Virus record (IMG/VR): IMGVR_UViG_3300045996_001242
Location: 1-64,000 of that record
DNA length: 64,000 bases
Source of the DNA: a virus
Direction: 5' to 3' (one strand)
Shown here: in pieces, positions 16,608 through 26,060 of the stretch
How positions within the stretch are numbered: position 1 is the stretch's first letter
How the letters are laid out: the number at the start of each line of letters is the position of its first letter
Translations under genes and position numbers: made by a program
Notes under the pieces: generated by a model
Told to the model about the DNA's origin: nothing
Seen by the model: only the letters and a program-made list of their open reading frames with translations
Database searches by the model: none

Positions 16608-17399
16608 ATGGAAAACTCGATTCCGGCCGGAGCGATGGTTTTGCTCCGGTTCATCGCCGAGACCGAAACCGGCCGTGAGCCCCCCGAGTGCTACGAGGTC
16701 GTCTTCGGGCACAACCAGCGCAAGATGAAGAAGCCGCTGACCCAGATGACGCTCGACGAGGTCGAGGCGGATGGGCCGCGTCGTACCAAGGCCTATGGCT
16801 CCTCGGCCGCCGGCGCCTACCAGTTCATGCGTGACACGCTCGACAAGCCCGGCACCCTCCAGGATCTCGAGGGCGAGCTCAAGCTCACCGGCAAGGAGAT
16901 CTTCAACAGCGAGCTCCAGGATCTGCTGGGCTACCACCTGCTCAAGCGTCGCGGCTATATCGACTTCGTGCGCGGCAAGATCGGCAGGGTGGCCTTCGCC
17001 AAGCGGCTGGCCCAGGAATGGGCCTCATTCCCCGTGCTCACCGCGACCAAAGGCGCCCATCGCCAGCTGACCCGCGGCCAGAGCTACTATGCCGGCGACG
17101 GCCTCAACAAGGCGCTGATCAGCCCCGAGAAGGTCGAGAAGATCCTCAACCAGGTCCTCGCGGTGCATAGCCACGCCGAGCCTGCCCCCATACCGGCTCC
17201 GCGGCCGGCACCCGCCCCAGCTCCTCAGCCTGTGCCTGAACCCGCGGTAGCCGGCCCTCAATCCCAGGCCACCCCCGAGAAGACGGCCGACGTCAGAGAT
17301 CCGCTCGTCGGCATCCTGCTGCTCGCCATCGCCGCCATGTCCGGAGTCTTCGCCTGGCTCGCCCTACTCCCCTGCAATCTCTTCAAGCTCTGGTGCTAA
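16608..17399 (+). CDS. Endolysin (lambda-R/lysozyme-like) with Pro-rich linker and C-terminal TM
   Basis: FIAETE (likely catalytic Glu), SSAAGAYQF, ELQD, LAQEWASFP and SYYAGDGLNKA; hydrophobic C-terminus. Confidence 0.85.
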   Translation: MENSIPAGAMVLLRFIAETETGREPPECYEVVFGHNQRKMKKPLTQMTLDEVEADGPRRTKAYGSSAAGAYQFMRDTLDKPGTLQDLEGELKLTGKEIFNSELQDLLGYHLLKRRGYIDFVRGKIGRVAFAKRLAQEWASFPVLTATKGAHRQLTRGQSYYAGDGLNKALISPEKVEKILNQVLAVHSHAEPAPIPAPRPAPAPAPQPVPEPAVAGPQSQATPEKTADVRDPLVGILLLAIAAMSGVFAWLALLPCNLFKLWC

Positions 17400-17403
17400 G
17401 CTC

Positions 17404-17619
17404 ATGTGGAAAAAGATCAAATCCTTGTTCAAGAACAGCGAGACCATCTTCCTCGCCCGCATCCAGGTCCTGGCCGGCACTGTCGTCCAGGTCGTCGCTA
17501 CGACTGAGCCGCAGATCCTCGCCGGCCTCATCGGTGCCCAGTACCTGCCTTGGGTCCTGATCGGCCATGGCGTCCTGCTCGAATACCTGCGCCGGCGTGG
17601 CGCCACCGACCTGAAGTAA
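17404..17619 (+). CDS. Putative holin (71 aa)
   Basis: Two hydrophobic segments and basic termini (EYLRRR); directly after the endolysin. Confidence 0.55.
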   Translation: MWKKIKSLFKNSETIFLARIQVLAGTVVQVVATTEPQILAGLIGAQYLPWVLIGHGVLLEYLRRRGATDLK

Positions 17620-17621
17620 CG

Positions 17622-17690
17622 CAAGGGGGCCAGCGCCCCCTTCAGCGTATCCACCCGCAGCGGCGCTCAAATTTCCGCAGCCGCTGTTTT
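17622..17690 (+). terminator. Tandem hairpins / terminator after the lysis genes
   Basis: AAGGGGGC-CAGC-GCCCCCTT, then GCAGCGGC...GCCGCTGT-TTT. Confidence 0.45.
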
Positions 17691-17746
17691 CAAATAATCA
17701 ACAAGCTATTATCTCGATAATCGCTCAGAAGCGGAACTGAGATCCC

Positions 17747-18097
17747 ATGACCGGAAACATCACCTGGGAGATGCTCCTCGGCCTATTCGCCATCGCCAGC
17801 TTCGTTGGCGGTGTCTGGTGGCGCGTGGAAGGCAAGATCAAGGCGGCCGAAGACGCCGCAAGCCAGCGCGCGGCAGCTGCGCAGATCAAGGCGGACCAGA
17901 TCGCCGTCGACCTGGCCAAATACCAGCTCCACGTCGTCGAGACCTACGCCAGCAGGGAAGGCGTCAACCGCCAGTTCGAGCAGGTATCGACGACCATCAA
18001 AGAGGTCGGCGATCGCATGGATAAGCGGCTCGACGGCGTCCATGAGCGGCTCGATCGCTTCCTGGATCCCAGCAAGCTGGGCGGGGGCGCTCGCTGA
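17747..18097 (+). CDS. Single-TM coiled-coil protein (possible holin/antiholin)
   Basis: N-terminal TM, then a helical region ending RMDKRLDGVHERLD. Confidence 0.6.
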   Translation: MTGNITWEMLLGLFAIASFVGGVWWRVEGKIKAAEDAASQRAAAAQIKADQIAVDLAKYQLHVVETYASREGVNRQFEQVSTTIKEVGDRMDKRLDGVHERLDRFLDPSKLGGGAR

Positions 18098-19353
18098 TGA
18101 CCCAGCCCAACGTCCACTCCAAGGCAGTCTACTCCCAGATCTGGGAGCTCTCGCGCACCGTCCTCAAGATTGACGGCAAGCCGAACTGCAGCCGCATTGG
18201 GCAGATGGTCGGTGTCTCCAAGGATACCGTTGCCCGCACGCTGCTGAAGCCCGAGCTCGATTTTCGCAACCCGGGCACCTACGACAGCGAGGTCCTCGAG
18301 GCGGCGGCTGCCGGCGGCATCGAAGATCCGCGCAACCTCAGCCACTTCTGGAAGATCATCAAGGACGAGGACGGCAACGGCTATTCGCTCTTCGTCAAGA
18401 ACCCCAAGACCGGCCGGGACGTCTCGATCTATGACCTGGTTCGGGAGTCGGTGCTCGAGGCGCCAGTGCGCCCGATCGCGCTCCCCAAGCGAGAAGCGGC
18501 GACAGGCGACCACCTCCTGGTCATCGACCTCGCCGACGTCCACTTCCTCAAGCTCTGCGTCAAGGCCGAGACCGGCCACGAGTACAATCGGGAGGTGGCC
18601 CGGCATCGAGTGATCGAGGGCACCAAGGCTCTCCTGCGCCTGGCCAAGCCCATGGGCATCGGCCGCATCCTCTTCGTCCTCGGCAACGACATCCTCCACG
18701 TCGACAACCCTCGTGCGACGACGACGTCGGGCACCTTCCAGGACACCGATGGCACGATCTTCCAGGGCTTCAAGGATGCCGCTGATGCGATCGAGATCGC
18801 CATCAACGAATGCACCAAGGTGGCTGACGTCGACCTGGTTCACTGCATGTCGAACCACGACTGGCTCATGGGCTGGGCGCTTTCCCAGGCCGTCGCCGGC
18901 CGGCTCCGCGGCAACGATCGTGTCCGGGCCAGCGAGTACAACCTCTCGGAAGCGCACCGCAAATACTACCGCTTCGGCGGCAACCTCTTCGGGCTCACGC
19001 ATGGCGATGGAGCCAAGGAAGAGAAGCTCTACGGCCTCATGGTCAAGGAAGCCCGCGAGCACATCTCCGAGTGCCTCAACCTCTACTGGTTCCTCCACCA
19101 CGTCCACCACAAGGACCGCAAGACCCGGGGCGAGTTCGCCTACCTGCGCGAGAAGGACCACAACGGCATGACCGCCCATATCGGCGGCAGCCTCAAGGTC
19201 GAGGGCGCGCATCTCAACATCGAATACGTCCGCTCTCCGTCAGCTCCTGACGGCTGGCACGATCGCAATGGCTACGTGAACCGGCAGGGGGTCGAGTGCT
19301 TCGTCTACCACCCCGAGCTCGGCCAGCGGGCCCGCTTCACTGAATGGTTCTGA
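18097..19353 (+). CDS. Calcineurin-like metallophosphoesterase with N-terminal HTH
   Basis: DLADVH, LGND, SNHD, THGD and HHVHH motifs; IGQMVGVSKDTVARTL HTH. Confidence 0.8.
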   Translation: MTQPNVHSKAVYSQIWELSRTVLKIDGKPNCSRIGQMVGVSKDTVARTLLKPELDFRNPGTYDSEVLEAAAAGGIEDPRNLSHFWKIIKDEDGNGYSLFVKNPKTGRDVSIYDLVRESVLEAPVRPIALPKREAATGDHLLVIDLADVHFLKLCVKAETGHEYNREVARHRVIEGTKALLRLAKPMGIGRILFVLGNDILHVDNPRATTTSGTFQDTDGTIFQGFKDAADAIEIAINECTKVADVDLVHCMSNHDWLMGWALSQAVAGRLRGNDRVRASEYNLSEAHRKYYRFGGNLFGLTHGDGAKEEKLYGLMVKEAREHISECLNLYWFLHHVHHKDRKTRGEFAYLREKDHNGMTAHIGGSLKVEGAHLNIEYVRSPSAPDGWHDRNGYVNRQGVECFVYHPELGQRARFTEWF

Positions 19354-19364
19354 GGACCGCGGCC

Positions 19365-21557
19365 ATGACCACCGAGACCACCTTTAATTCCGACCAGCCG
19401 ATCAACGGGGCCCAGGCACCCAAGCTGACGGACTGGGCGAACGAGCCGACGGCCATGCGGCTGCAGGAGGACCTCGAGGCCTCCCGTCCGGCGCATGATA
19501 CGTTCGTCCAGAAGGTCAAGCACTGGAACGAGCTCAACACCGTCACCGGTGCGGCCAAGCCCAAGAAGGTCAAGGGGCGCTCCGAGATCCAGCCCAAGCT
19601 GATCCGTCGCCAGGCGGAGTGGCGCTACTCGGCGTTGAGCGAGCCGTTCAACTCGTCCGAGAAGCTCTTCGACGTCAAGCCGGTGACCTTCGAGGATACC
19701 AAGTCTGCCCGGCAGAACGAGCTCGTCCTCAACTGGCAGTTCCGCAGCAAGATCAACCGCGTCCACTTCCTCGACAACTACGTGCGCGCCTGCGTCGACG
19801 AGGGCACCGCCGTCGTCCGCACCGGCTGGAGCCGTCTCACCAAGGAAGTCGAGGAAGACGCCCCCACCTGGGAATACCGCCGTCCGAACACGGCCGAGGA
19901 GATCGAGGCGCTCGAGATGGCCGAGCAGCTTCGCCAGACCAATCCCAACGAGTATGCCAAGCTCGATCCGGCGCTCGTTGCTGCCTGCCAGTTCTTCCAG
20001 GAAACCGGCGAAGCCAACGTCGCCGTCCAGATCGGCACCGAGAAGGTCAAGGTCAAGAAGGTCATCGAGAACCGTCCGACCGTCGACCTCATCAACCTCG
20101 AGAACCTCTACTTCGACCCGAGCTGTGGCGGCGACATCGAGAAGGCCGGCTTCGTCGTCTTCTCCTTCGAGACCTCGCAGGCCGAGCTCCGCAAGCAGCC
20201 CAAGCGCTACAAGAACCTCAAGTACGTGGATTGGGAGGGCGCTTCGGCGATCCTCGAGCCCAACCATGCGCCGCAGTCGACTGACATCAACTTCAATTAC
20301 AAGGATCCGCTCCGCAAGCGCGTCGTCGCCTTCGAGTATTGGGGCAACTACGACATCCACGGCAACGGCGAGCTCGTGCCGATCGTCGCCACCTGGATCG
20401 GTAGCGTTCTCATCCGTCTCGAGGAGAACCCGTTCCCGGACAAGGCCCATCCTTTCATCCTGGTTCCTTACATGCCGGTCAAGCGCCAGGCCCTGGGCGA
20501 GCCGGATGCTGAGCTGCTCGAGGACAACCAGAAGGTCCTCGGCGCCGTCACTCGTGGCATGATCGATCTCCTGGGTCGTTCGGCCAACGGCCAGCAGGGC
20601 TTTGCCAAGGGCATGCTCGACGTCCTCAACAAGCGCCGCTTCGAGTCGGGCCAGGACTACGAGTTCAATCCGAACCTGCCGCCGCAGCAGGGCCACATGG
20701 AGCACAAGTATCCCGAGATCCCGCAGTCGGCGATCGTGGTGATGCAGATGCAGAACCAGGAAGCCGAAGCCCTCACGGGTGTGAAGGCGTTCTCCGGCGG
20801 ACTTTCGGGTGAGGCATTCGGCGACGTCGCCGCCGGCATCAAGGGCATCCTCGATGCGGCGTCCAAGCGCGAGATGGCGATCCTACGCCGGCTCGCCGCT
20901 GGCCTGGTGGCGATCGGCAAGAAGTTCATCGCCATGAACGCCGAGTTCCTCTCCGAGGAAGAGATCATCCGGGTCACCAACGAGGAGTTCGTCACTGTCC
21001 GCCGTGACGAGCTGCCGAGCGTTGCCGGCAGCTTCGACATGAAGGTCGACATCTCGACGGCCGAGATCGACTCCAACAAGTCCCAGGATCTGGCGTTCAT
21101 GCTCCAGACCGTGGGTCCGAACCTGGGCTTCGAATTCGTCCAGATGATCCTCATCGAGATCGCCAGGCTCAAGCGCATGCCCGAGCTCGAGAAGATGATC
21201 CGCGATTACAAGCCGCAGCCCGATCCGCTCGAGCAGCGCCTCAAAGAGGCCGAGATCAAGAAGGCCGAAAAGGAAGTCGAGAAGCTCCAGTCGGAGATCA
21301 ATCTCAACAACGCCAAGGCCCAGAGGGAAATGGTCGGTGCCGAGCAGGATGCGCTCGATGCCCTCGAGCAGGAGACCGGCACCAAGCATGCCCGCGAGAT
21401 GCAGAAACAGGTCGCCCAGTCGGAAGGCAACCAGAGCCTTGAGATCACCAAGGCCCTCCTGAAGCCGATCAAGCCGGAAGAGAGCAAGCCCAACGTCGAG
21501 GCCGCGGTCGGCTTCAACGAGCTGAGCAAGCTGGGTCGGGACCCATTAAGGAACTGA
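19365..21557 (+). CDS. Portal protein (N4 gp59-like)
   Basis: KLTDWANEP, QPKLIRRQAEWRYSALSEPF and EAEALTGVKAFSGG typical of the N4 portal. Confidence 0.95.
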   Translation: MTTETTFNSDQPINGAQAPKLTDWANEPTAMRLQEDLEASRPAHDTFVQKVKHWNELNTVTGAAKPKKVKGRSEIQPKLIRRQAEWRYSALSEPFNSSEKLFDVKPVTFEDTKSARQNELVLNWQFRSKINRVHFLDNYVRACVDEGTAVVRTGWSRLTKEVEEDAPTWEYRRPNTAEEIEALEMAEQLRQTNPNEYAKLDPALVAACQFFQETGEANVAVQIGTEKVKVKKVIENRPTVDLINLENLYFDPSCGGDIEKAGFVVFSFETSQAELRKQPKRYKNLKYVDWEGASAILEPNHAPQSTDINFNYKDPLRKRVVAFEYWGNYDIHGNGELVPIVATWIGSVLIRLEENPFPDKAHPFILVPYMPVKRQALGEPDAELLEDNQKVLGAVTRGMIDLLGRSANGQQGFAKGMLDVLNKRRFESGQDYEFNPNLPPQQGHMEHKYPEIPQSAIVVMQMQNQEAEALTGVKAFSGGLSGEAFGDVAAGIKGILDAASKREMAILRRLAAGLVAIGKKFIAMNAEFLSEEEIIRVTNEEFVTVRRDELPSVAGSFDMKVDISTAEIDSNKSQDLAFMLQTVGPNLGFEFVQMILIEIARLKRMPELEKMIRDYKPQPDPLEQRLKEAEIKKAEKEVEKLQSEINLNNAKAQREMVGAEQDALDALEQETGTKHAREMQKQVAQSEGNQSLEITKALLKPIKPEESKPNVEAAVGFNELSKLGRDPLRN

Positions 21558-21653
21558 TTTTCGAGATAATCGAGGAAAATGGTTGACCTGCTATTATTGG
21601 AAAGGGTAAACGGATAATCGCCACAAACCCCAACCCAATAATAGGATTTGATA

Positions 21654-22004
21654 ATGTCGGATATCCAAGACCTGGAACAGCACATCAAGGACGCTGAGTT
21701 TCTCATCGAGCGTCGGAAGATGGCCATCAGGCTTTCCGAGAACCACGATTTTCGCGTTCTCTTCCACGAGGGCTATTTCAAGGAAGACGCTGCTCGCCTG
21801 GTCCAGCTGGCCGGAGACCCGGCCTGCGACCCCCAGCAGCGGGCTGACGCTCTCGAGATGGCCAAGGCCACCGGCCACGCCAAGCGCTACCTCTCGATGG
21901 CGATCCAGATGGGCTTCCACGCCGAGCGTGAGCTCCCCGAGATGCACTCGACGCTCGCCGAGCTCCGTGCCGCCGAAGACGCCGGCGACGATAACGAGGA
22001 GTGA
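21654..22004 (+). CDS. Conserved N4-like protein between portal and scaffold genes
   Basis: RLSENHDFRVLFHEGYFKEDAARLV; synteny. Confidence 0.7.
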   Translation: MSDIQDLEQHIKDAEFLIERRKMAIRLSENHDFRVLFHEGYFKEDAARLVQLAGDPACDPQQRADALEMAKATGHAKRYLSMAIQMGFHAERELPEMHSTLAELRAAEDAGDDNEE

Positions 22005-22009
22005 GAGCC

Positions 22010-23299
22010 ATGACCACCGAAGCCACGGAAACCAAAGACTACCTCGGGATGTCCGACGCCGACTTCCTGAACCTCAACGCGCCGGCCGAAGCGACGCCGG
22101 CTCCGGCTTCGGACGACAACAAGACCCAGGAGGCAGCTCCTGGGTCCGTTGCCGCCGAGGAACAGACCCAGAACGCCGAGCAGACCGCCGATGATGCTGC
22201 TGCCGAGACTGATGAGCAGAAGGCCGCCCGTGAAGCCGAAGAGGCCGCAAAAGCTGCCGCTCCTCCCGCTGATGCCGACCCCGCTGCTGAAAAGCCCGCT
22301 GGGGATCCTGCTCCTGGTTCCGCTGACGCAGCTGCTGCCGATCCGGCAAAAGTCGAAGCGGACAAGGCGGCGGCAGACGCTAAGGCAGACCCGAAAGCTG
22401 CGCCAGCGGCTGACGCCACCAAGAAGGACGAGCCCAAGGCGGACGCAAAGCCGGTAGACCTCGAGGCCTTCTACAAGCAGGTCATGGCGCCGTTCAAAGC
22501 CAACGGCCGCACGATCGAGATCAAGTCGCCCGAGGAGGTCATCCGCCTCATGCAGATGGGCGCGGGGTTCGGCCGCAAGCTCCAGAGCCTGCAGCCGGCG
22601 CTCAAGACGCTGAAGATGCTCGAGAAAGCCGACCTGCTCGACGAGGGCAAGCTGTCGTTCCTCATCGACATTAACAACAAAAATCCCGACGCGATTAAGA
22701 AATTAATCAAGGATTCGGGTATCGACCCTCTTGACTTGAATATCGGAGATAATGCATCTTACACCCCGAAGAGCCACGCTGTCAGTGACAAGGAGATGGC
22801 GTTTCACTCCGCCCTGGAGGACGTGCAGTCCCTCCCAGGGGGTAATGAGACGGTCCGAATTGTCAACCAGACGTGGGACAAGGAGAGCAAGGCTGCTCTC
22901 TGGGAATCGCCCGAGCTCCTCGGCGTCATCCAATCCCAGCGCGAGAATGGTATCTACGACCAGATCGCTGCTGAGATCGACCGCCAGAGACTTCTAGGCC
23001 AGATCCCCGCGAATACACCGTTCCTCAAAGCTTACAAGCTCGCCGGGGATCACTTGCAGGCCACCAATGGCTTCAAGCTCCCACAGGCGCAGGCGCCGAT
23101 CGACAAGTCGGGGGATACCCCGCAGCCCCAAGTGATCGCGACTCGCACGGCAGCCCCGAAGCCCCAGGTGCAGAACGGTGAGAAGGCTGAAGCAGCAGCG
23201 TCGACGAAAGTCACGCCGAAGCGGGCAGCCAGTGCGCCCATCAATCCGCTGCAGATGGCGGACGATGAGTTCCTGAAGCAATTCGAGGGTCGCCTCTAA
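22010..23299 (+). CDS. N4 gp57-like protein (probable scaffold)
   Basis: MSDADF, PFKANG...EEVIRLMQMGA, acidic Ala/Pro linker, NPLQMADDEF. Confidence 0.85.
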   Translation: MTTEATETKDYLGMSDADFLNLNAPAEATPAPASDDNKTQEAAPGSVAAEEQTQNAEQTADDAAAETDEQKAAREAEEAAKAAAPPADADPAAEKPAGDPAPGSADAAAADPAKVEADKAAADAKADPKAAPAADATKKDEPKADAKPVDLEAFYKQVMAPFKANGRTIEIKSPEEVIRLMQMGAGFGRKLQSLQPALKTLKMLEKADLLDEGKLSFLIDINNKNPDAIKKLIKDSGIDPLDLNIGDNASYTPKSHAVSDKEMAFHSALEDVQSLPGGNETVRIVNQTWDKESKAALWESPELLGVIQSQRENGIYDQIAAEIDRQRLLGQIPANTPFLKAYKLAGDHLQATNGFKLPQAQAPIDKSGDTPQPQVIATRTAAPKPQVQNGEKAEAAASTKVTPKRAASAPINPLQMADDEFLKQFEGRL

Positions 23300-23337
23300 A
23301 CCCCTAGCTGGGTCGGCGCCCAAAAGGTTTTTCCAAA

Positions 23338-24537
23338 ATGTTGAACTATAACGCTCCGACCCAGTCGGCCGCCGGTACGGCCTCCGACATCGAAGGCTCT
23401 GGCTCCAGCCAGATGCAGACCTTCTTCTGGCTGAAGAAGGCCCTCATCGAGGCCCGCAAAGAGCAGTATTTCATGCCGCTCGCCAATGCGGTCAATATGC
23501 CCAAGCACTTCGGCAAGACCATCAAGGTCTACGAGTACGTGCCCCTGCTCGACGACCGCAACATCAACGACATGGGCCTCGACGCGGCCGGTGCCACGAT
23601 CGCGGACGGCAACCTCTACGGTTCGTCCAAGGACATCGGCACGATCACGTCCAAGCTCCCGACCCTGACCGAGAGCGGCGGCCGTGTGAACCGCGTTGGC
23701 TTCACCCGTCTGACCCGTGAAGGCACGATCAGCAAGTTCGGCTTCTTCACCGAGTTCACCCAGGAGAGCCTGGACTTCGACTCGGACGCCGAGCTGATGG
23801 ACCACCTGAGCCGCGAGCTCATGAACGGTGCCGTGCAGATCACCGAGGCTGTCCTCCAGAAGGACCTGCTCTCGAACGCCGGCGTGATCCTGTACGCAGG
23901 TGACGCGACGTCGAATGGCACCATCACTGGTGAAGGCGCCACGCCCTCCGTCGTCAACTACGACGACTTCGTGCGTCTCGACCAGCTGCTCACGGACAAC
24001 CGTACTCCGAAGCAGACCAAGGTCATCACTGGTTCGCGCCTGGTCGACACCAAGACGCTGCCGGCGGCCCGCATCATGTTCATCGGTTCGGAGCTCGCTC
24101 CGCTGGTGAAGAAGCTGGTCGACTCGTTCAGCAACCCGGCGTTCATCCCCGTGCAGCAGTACGGCGATGCCGGCACGATCCTCAACGGCGAGATCGGCAC
24201 CGTCGATGCGTTCCGCATCATCCAGGTTCCGGAGATGCTGAACTGGGCTGGTGTTGGTGCCGCGGTTACGGACAACGACGGCTACCGCGAGACGGGCGAC
24301 AACTACGACGTCTACCCGATGCTCGTGGTCGGCGACGACTCGTTCTCGACGATCGGCTTCCAGACCGATGGCAAGACGGTGAAGTTCTCGGTCATGACCA
24401 AGATGCCGGGCAAGGAAACCGCGGATCGCAACGATCCCTACGGCGAGACCGGCTTCAGCTCGATCAAGTGGTACTACGGTGTCCTGATCAAGCGGCCCGA
24501 GCGTATCGGCCTCATCAAGACCGTCGCCCCGATCTAA
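23338..24537 (+). CDS. Major capsid protein (N4 gp56-like)
   Basis: [37 protein letters not shown] and [16 protein letters not shown]. Confidence 0.95.
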   Translation: MLNYNAPTQSAAGTASDIEGSGSSQMQTFFWLKKALIEARKEQYFMPLANAVNMPKHFGKTIKVYEYVPLLDDRNINDMGLDAAGATIADGNLYGSSKDIGTITSKLPTLTESGGRVNRVGFTRLTREGTISKFGFFTEFTQESLDFDSDAELMDHLSRELMNGAVQITEAVLQKDLLSNAGVILYAGDATSNGTITGEGATPSVVNYDDFVRLDQLLTDNRTPKQTKVITGSRLVDTKTLPAARIMFIGSELAPLVKKLVDSFSNPAFIPVQQYGDAGTILNGEIGTVDAFRIIQVPEMLNWAGVGAAVTDNDGYRETGDNYDVYPMLVVGDDSFSTIGFQTDGKTVKFSVMTKMPGKETADRNDPYGETGFSSIKWYYGVLIKRPERIGLIKTVAPI

Positions 24538-24568
24538 TCGGCGGCCCGGCTGAGTAGCGCAAGTATCT

Positions 24569-24600
24569 GGGAGGAGGAGCTTCACTCCTCCTCCCTTTTT
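24569..24600 (+). terminator. Intrinsic terminator after the major capsid gene
   Basis: GGGAGGAGGAG-CTTCA-CTCCTCCTCCC-TTTTT. Confidence 0.9.
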
Positions 24601-24632
24601 CCATCCAAACCCAGAGATCCAAGGAAATTCAA

Positions 24633-25427
24633 GTGACCGACACGACCATTCCCAACGTCTTCGCCAACCTGCCGCTCAAGGGTGAGACTGCAGCCGAGAC
24701 CCCGGCTCCGACCGTCAACGAGCCCGAGGCCGATGAAGACGACGAGACCGAGACTGCCGCCCCCAAGGGCGACGAGCTCTCCCTGCTCAAGCAGCGCGCC
24801 ACGCTAATGGGCATCAAGTTCTCGAACAACATCGGCGTTGATTCGCTGCGCGCGAAGATCAAGGCCAAGCTTGAAGCAGAAGATCCGGCCGAGCAAGAAG
24901 ATGACGGTGACGATGGGGTCGAGGTTGTTCTTACCGAAGATCCGGCAGCGGCCAAGATCCGTGCGCTCGAGGCGCAGATCGCCTCTCTCCAGGCTGGCAC
25001 GGCTTCGGCTCCGGTCTCTGCCGAAGTGAAGCCGGTCTCCAAGCTGGCCGCGAAGAAGAACAAGCGTGCGGCAATGCGCAAGGAGCAGATGCGCCTGGTT
25101 CGCCTTCGCATCACCAACCTCAACCCGGCCAAGAAGGATCTCCCTGGCGAGATCTTCACCTTCGCCAACAGCGTGCTCGGCGCCGTCCGCAAGTTCGTCC
25201 CCTACGGCGAGGCGACCGACAACGGCTACCACGTTCCCTACTGCATCTATCAGCAGCTCAAGGAGCGTGAGTTCCTGCAGATCAAGACCAGCAAGGACAG
25301 CCGCGGTCGCGAGAAGATCGACACCAAGTGGGTCCGTGAGTTCGCTCTCGAGGAGCTCCCGCAGCTCACCGAAGTCGAGCTCGCCCGCCTCGCTGCCCAG
25401 CAGGCAGCCGCCAAGGGCATGGACTAA
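24633..25427 (+). CDS. N4 gp55-like protein
   Basis: LKQRATLMGIKFSNNIG and LVRLRITNLNPAKKDLPGEIFT. Confidence 0.85.
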   Translation: MTDTTIPNVFANLPLKGETAAETPAPTVNEPEADEDDETETAAPKGDELSLLKQRATLMGIKFSNNIGVDSLRAKIKAKLEAEDPAEQEDDGDDGVEVVLTEDPAAAKIRALEAQIASLQAGTASAPVSAEVKPVSKLAAKKNKRAAMRKEQMRLVRLRITNLNPAKKDLPGEIFTFANSVLGAVRKFVPYGEATDNGYHVPYCIYQQLKEREFLQIKTSKDSRGREKIDTKWVREFALEELPQLTEVELARLAAQQAAAKGMD

Positions 25428-25451
25428 GACTACGACTAGGGAGTAGCTGCC

Positions 25452-26057
25452 ATGGCCGTCGTGAAGATCGCATTCACGGACCTGACCACCGGTGTCCCCG
25501 TATCGGGCACCGGCGTCTTCGACAAGCTGATGGTGAGCCTCACGGCTCACCTCAAGGTCGAGTATGAAGCCAACCGGATCTCCGGTGCCGAATACACCAA
25601 GGCGTATATCGGGATCGTCAGTGCCGCTCTTCAGACGGCCAGCAGCTTCCTCGTCGCTGCCGAGCAGACCTATTGGCAGGCTCAGGTGCAGGAAGCGCAG
25701 ATGAACAACCTCATCGCGCAGGGCGAGGGCATCGACTACACCAACACTAATATCCTGCCGCAGCAGCTGGCGCTCCTCGAGGAGCAGACCGAGGTGCAGC
25801 GGGCCCAGACGCTGAACACCCGCACGGATGGTGTGACCACCGTCGTCGGTGTGCTGGGCAAGCAGAAGGATCTCTACAGCCAGCAGATCACCTCCTATCA
25901 GCGGGACGCCGAGACCAAGGCGGTGAAGATCTTTTCCGACGCCTGGATCACCCAGAAGACGATCGACGAAGGTCTTGTGGCGCCGACCCACTTCACGAAC
26001 ACCGAGATCAACGAGGTGCTCGGGGTTCTCCGGACGAACCTCAACCTGGGCAGCTAA
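25452..26057 (+). CDS. N4 gp54-like structural (tail) protein
   Basis: GTGVFDKLM, GVLGKQKDLYSQQITSYQRDAE and DAWITQKTIDEG. Confidence 0.85.
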   Translation: MAVVKIAFTDLTTGVPVSGTGVFDKLMVSLTAHLKVEYEANRISGAEYTKAYIGIVSAALQTASSFLVAAEQTYWQAQVQEAQMNNLIAQGEGIDYTNTNILPQQLALLEEQTEVQRAQTLNTRTDGVTTVVGVLGKQKDLYSQQITSYQRDAETKAVKIFSDAWITQKTIDEGLVAPTHFTNTEINEVLGVLRTNLNLGS

Positions 26058-26060
26058 ACC

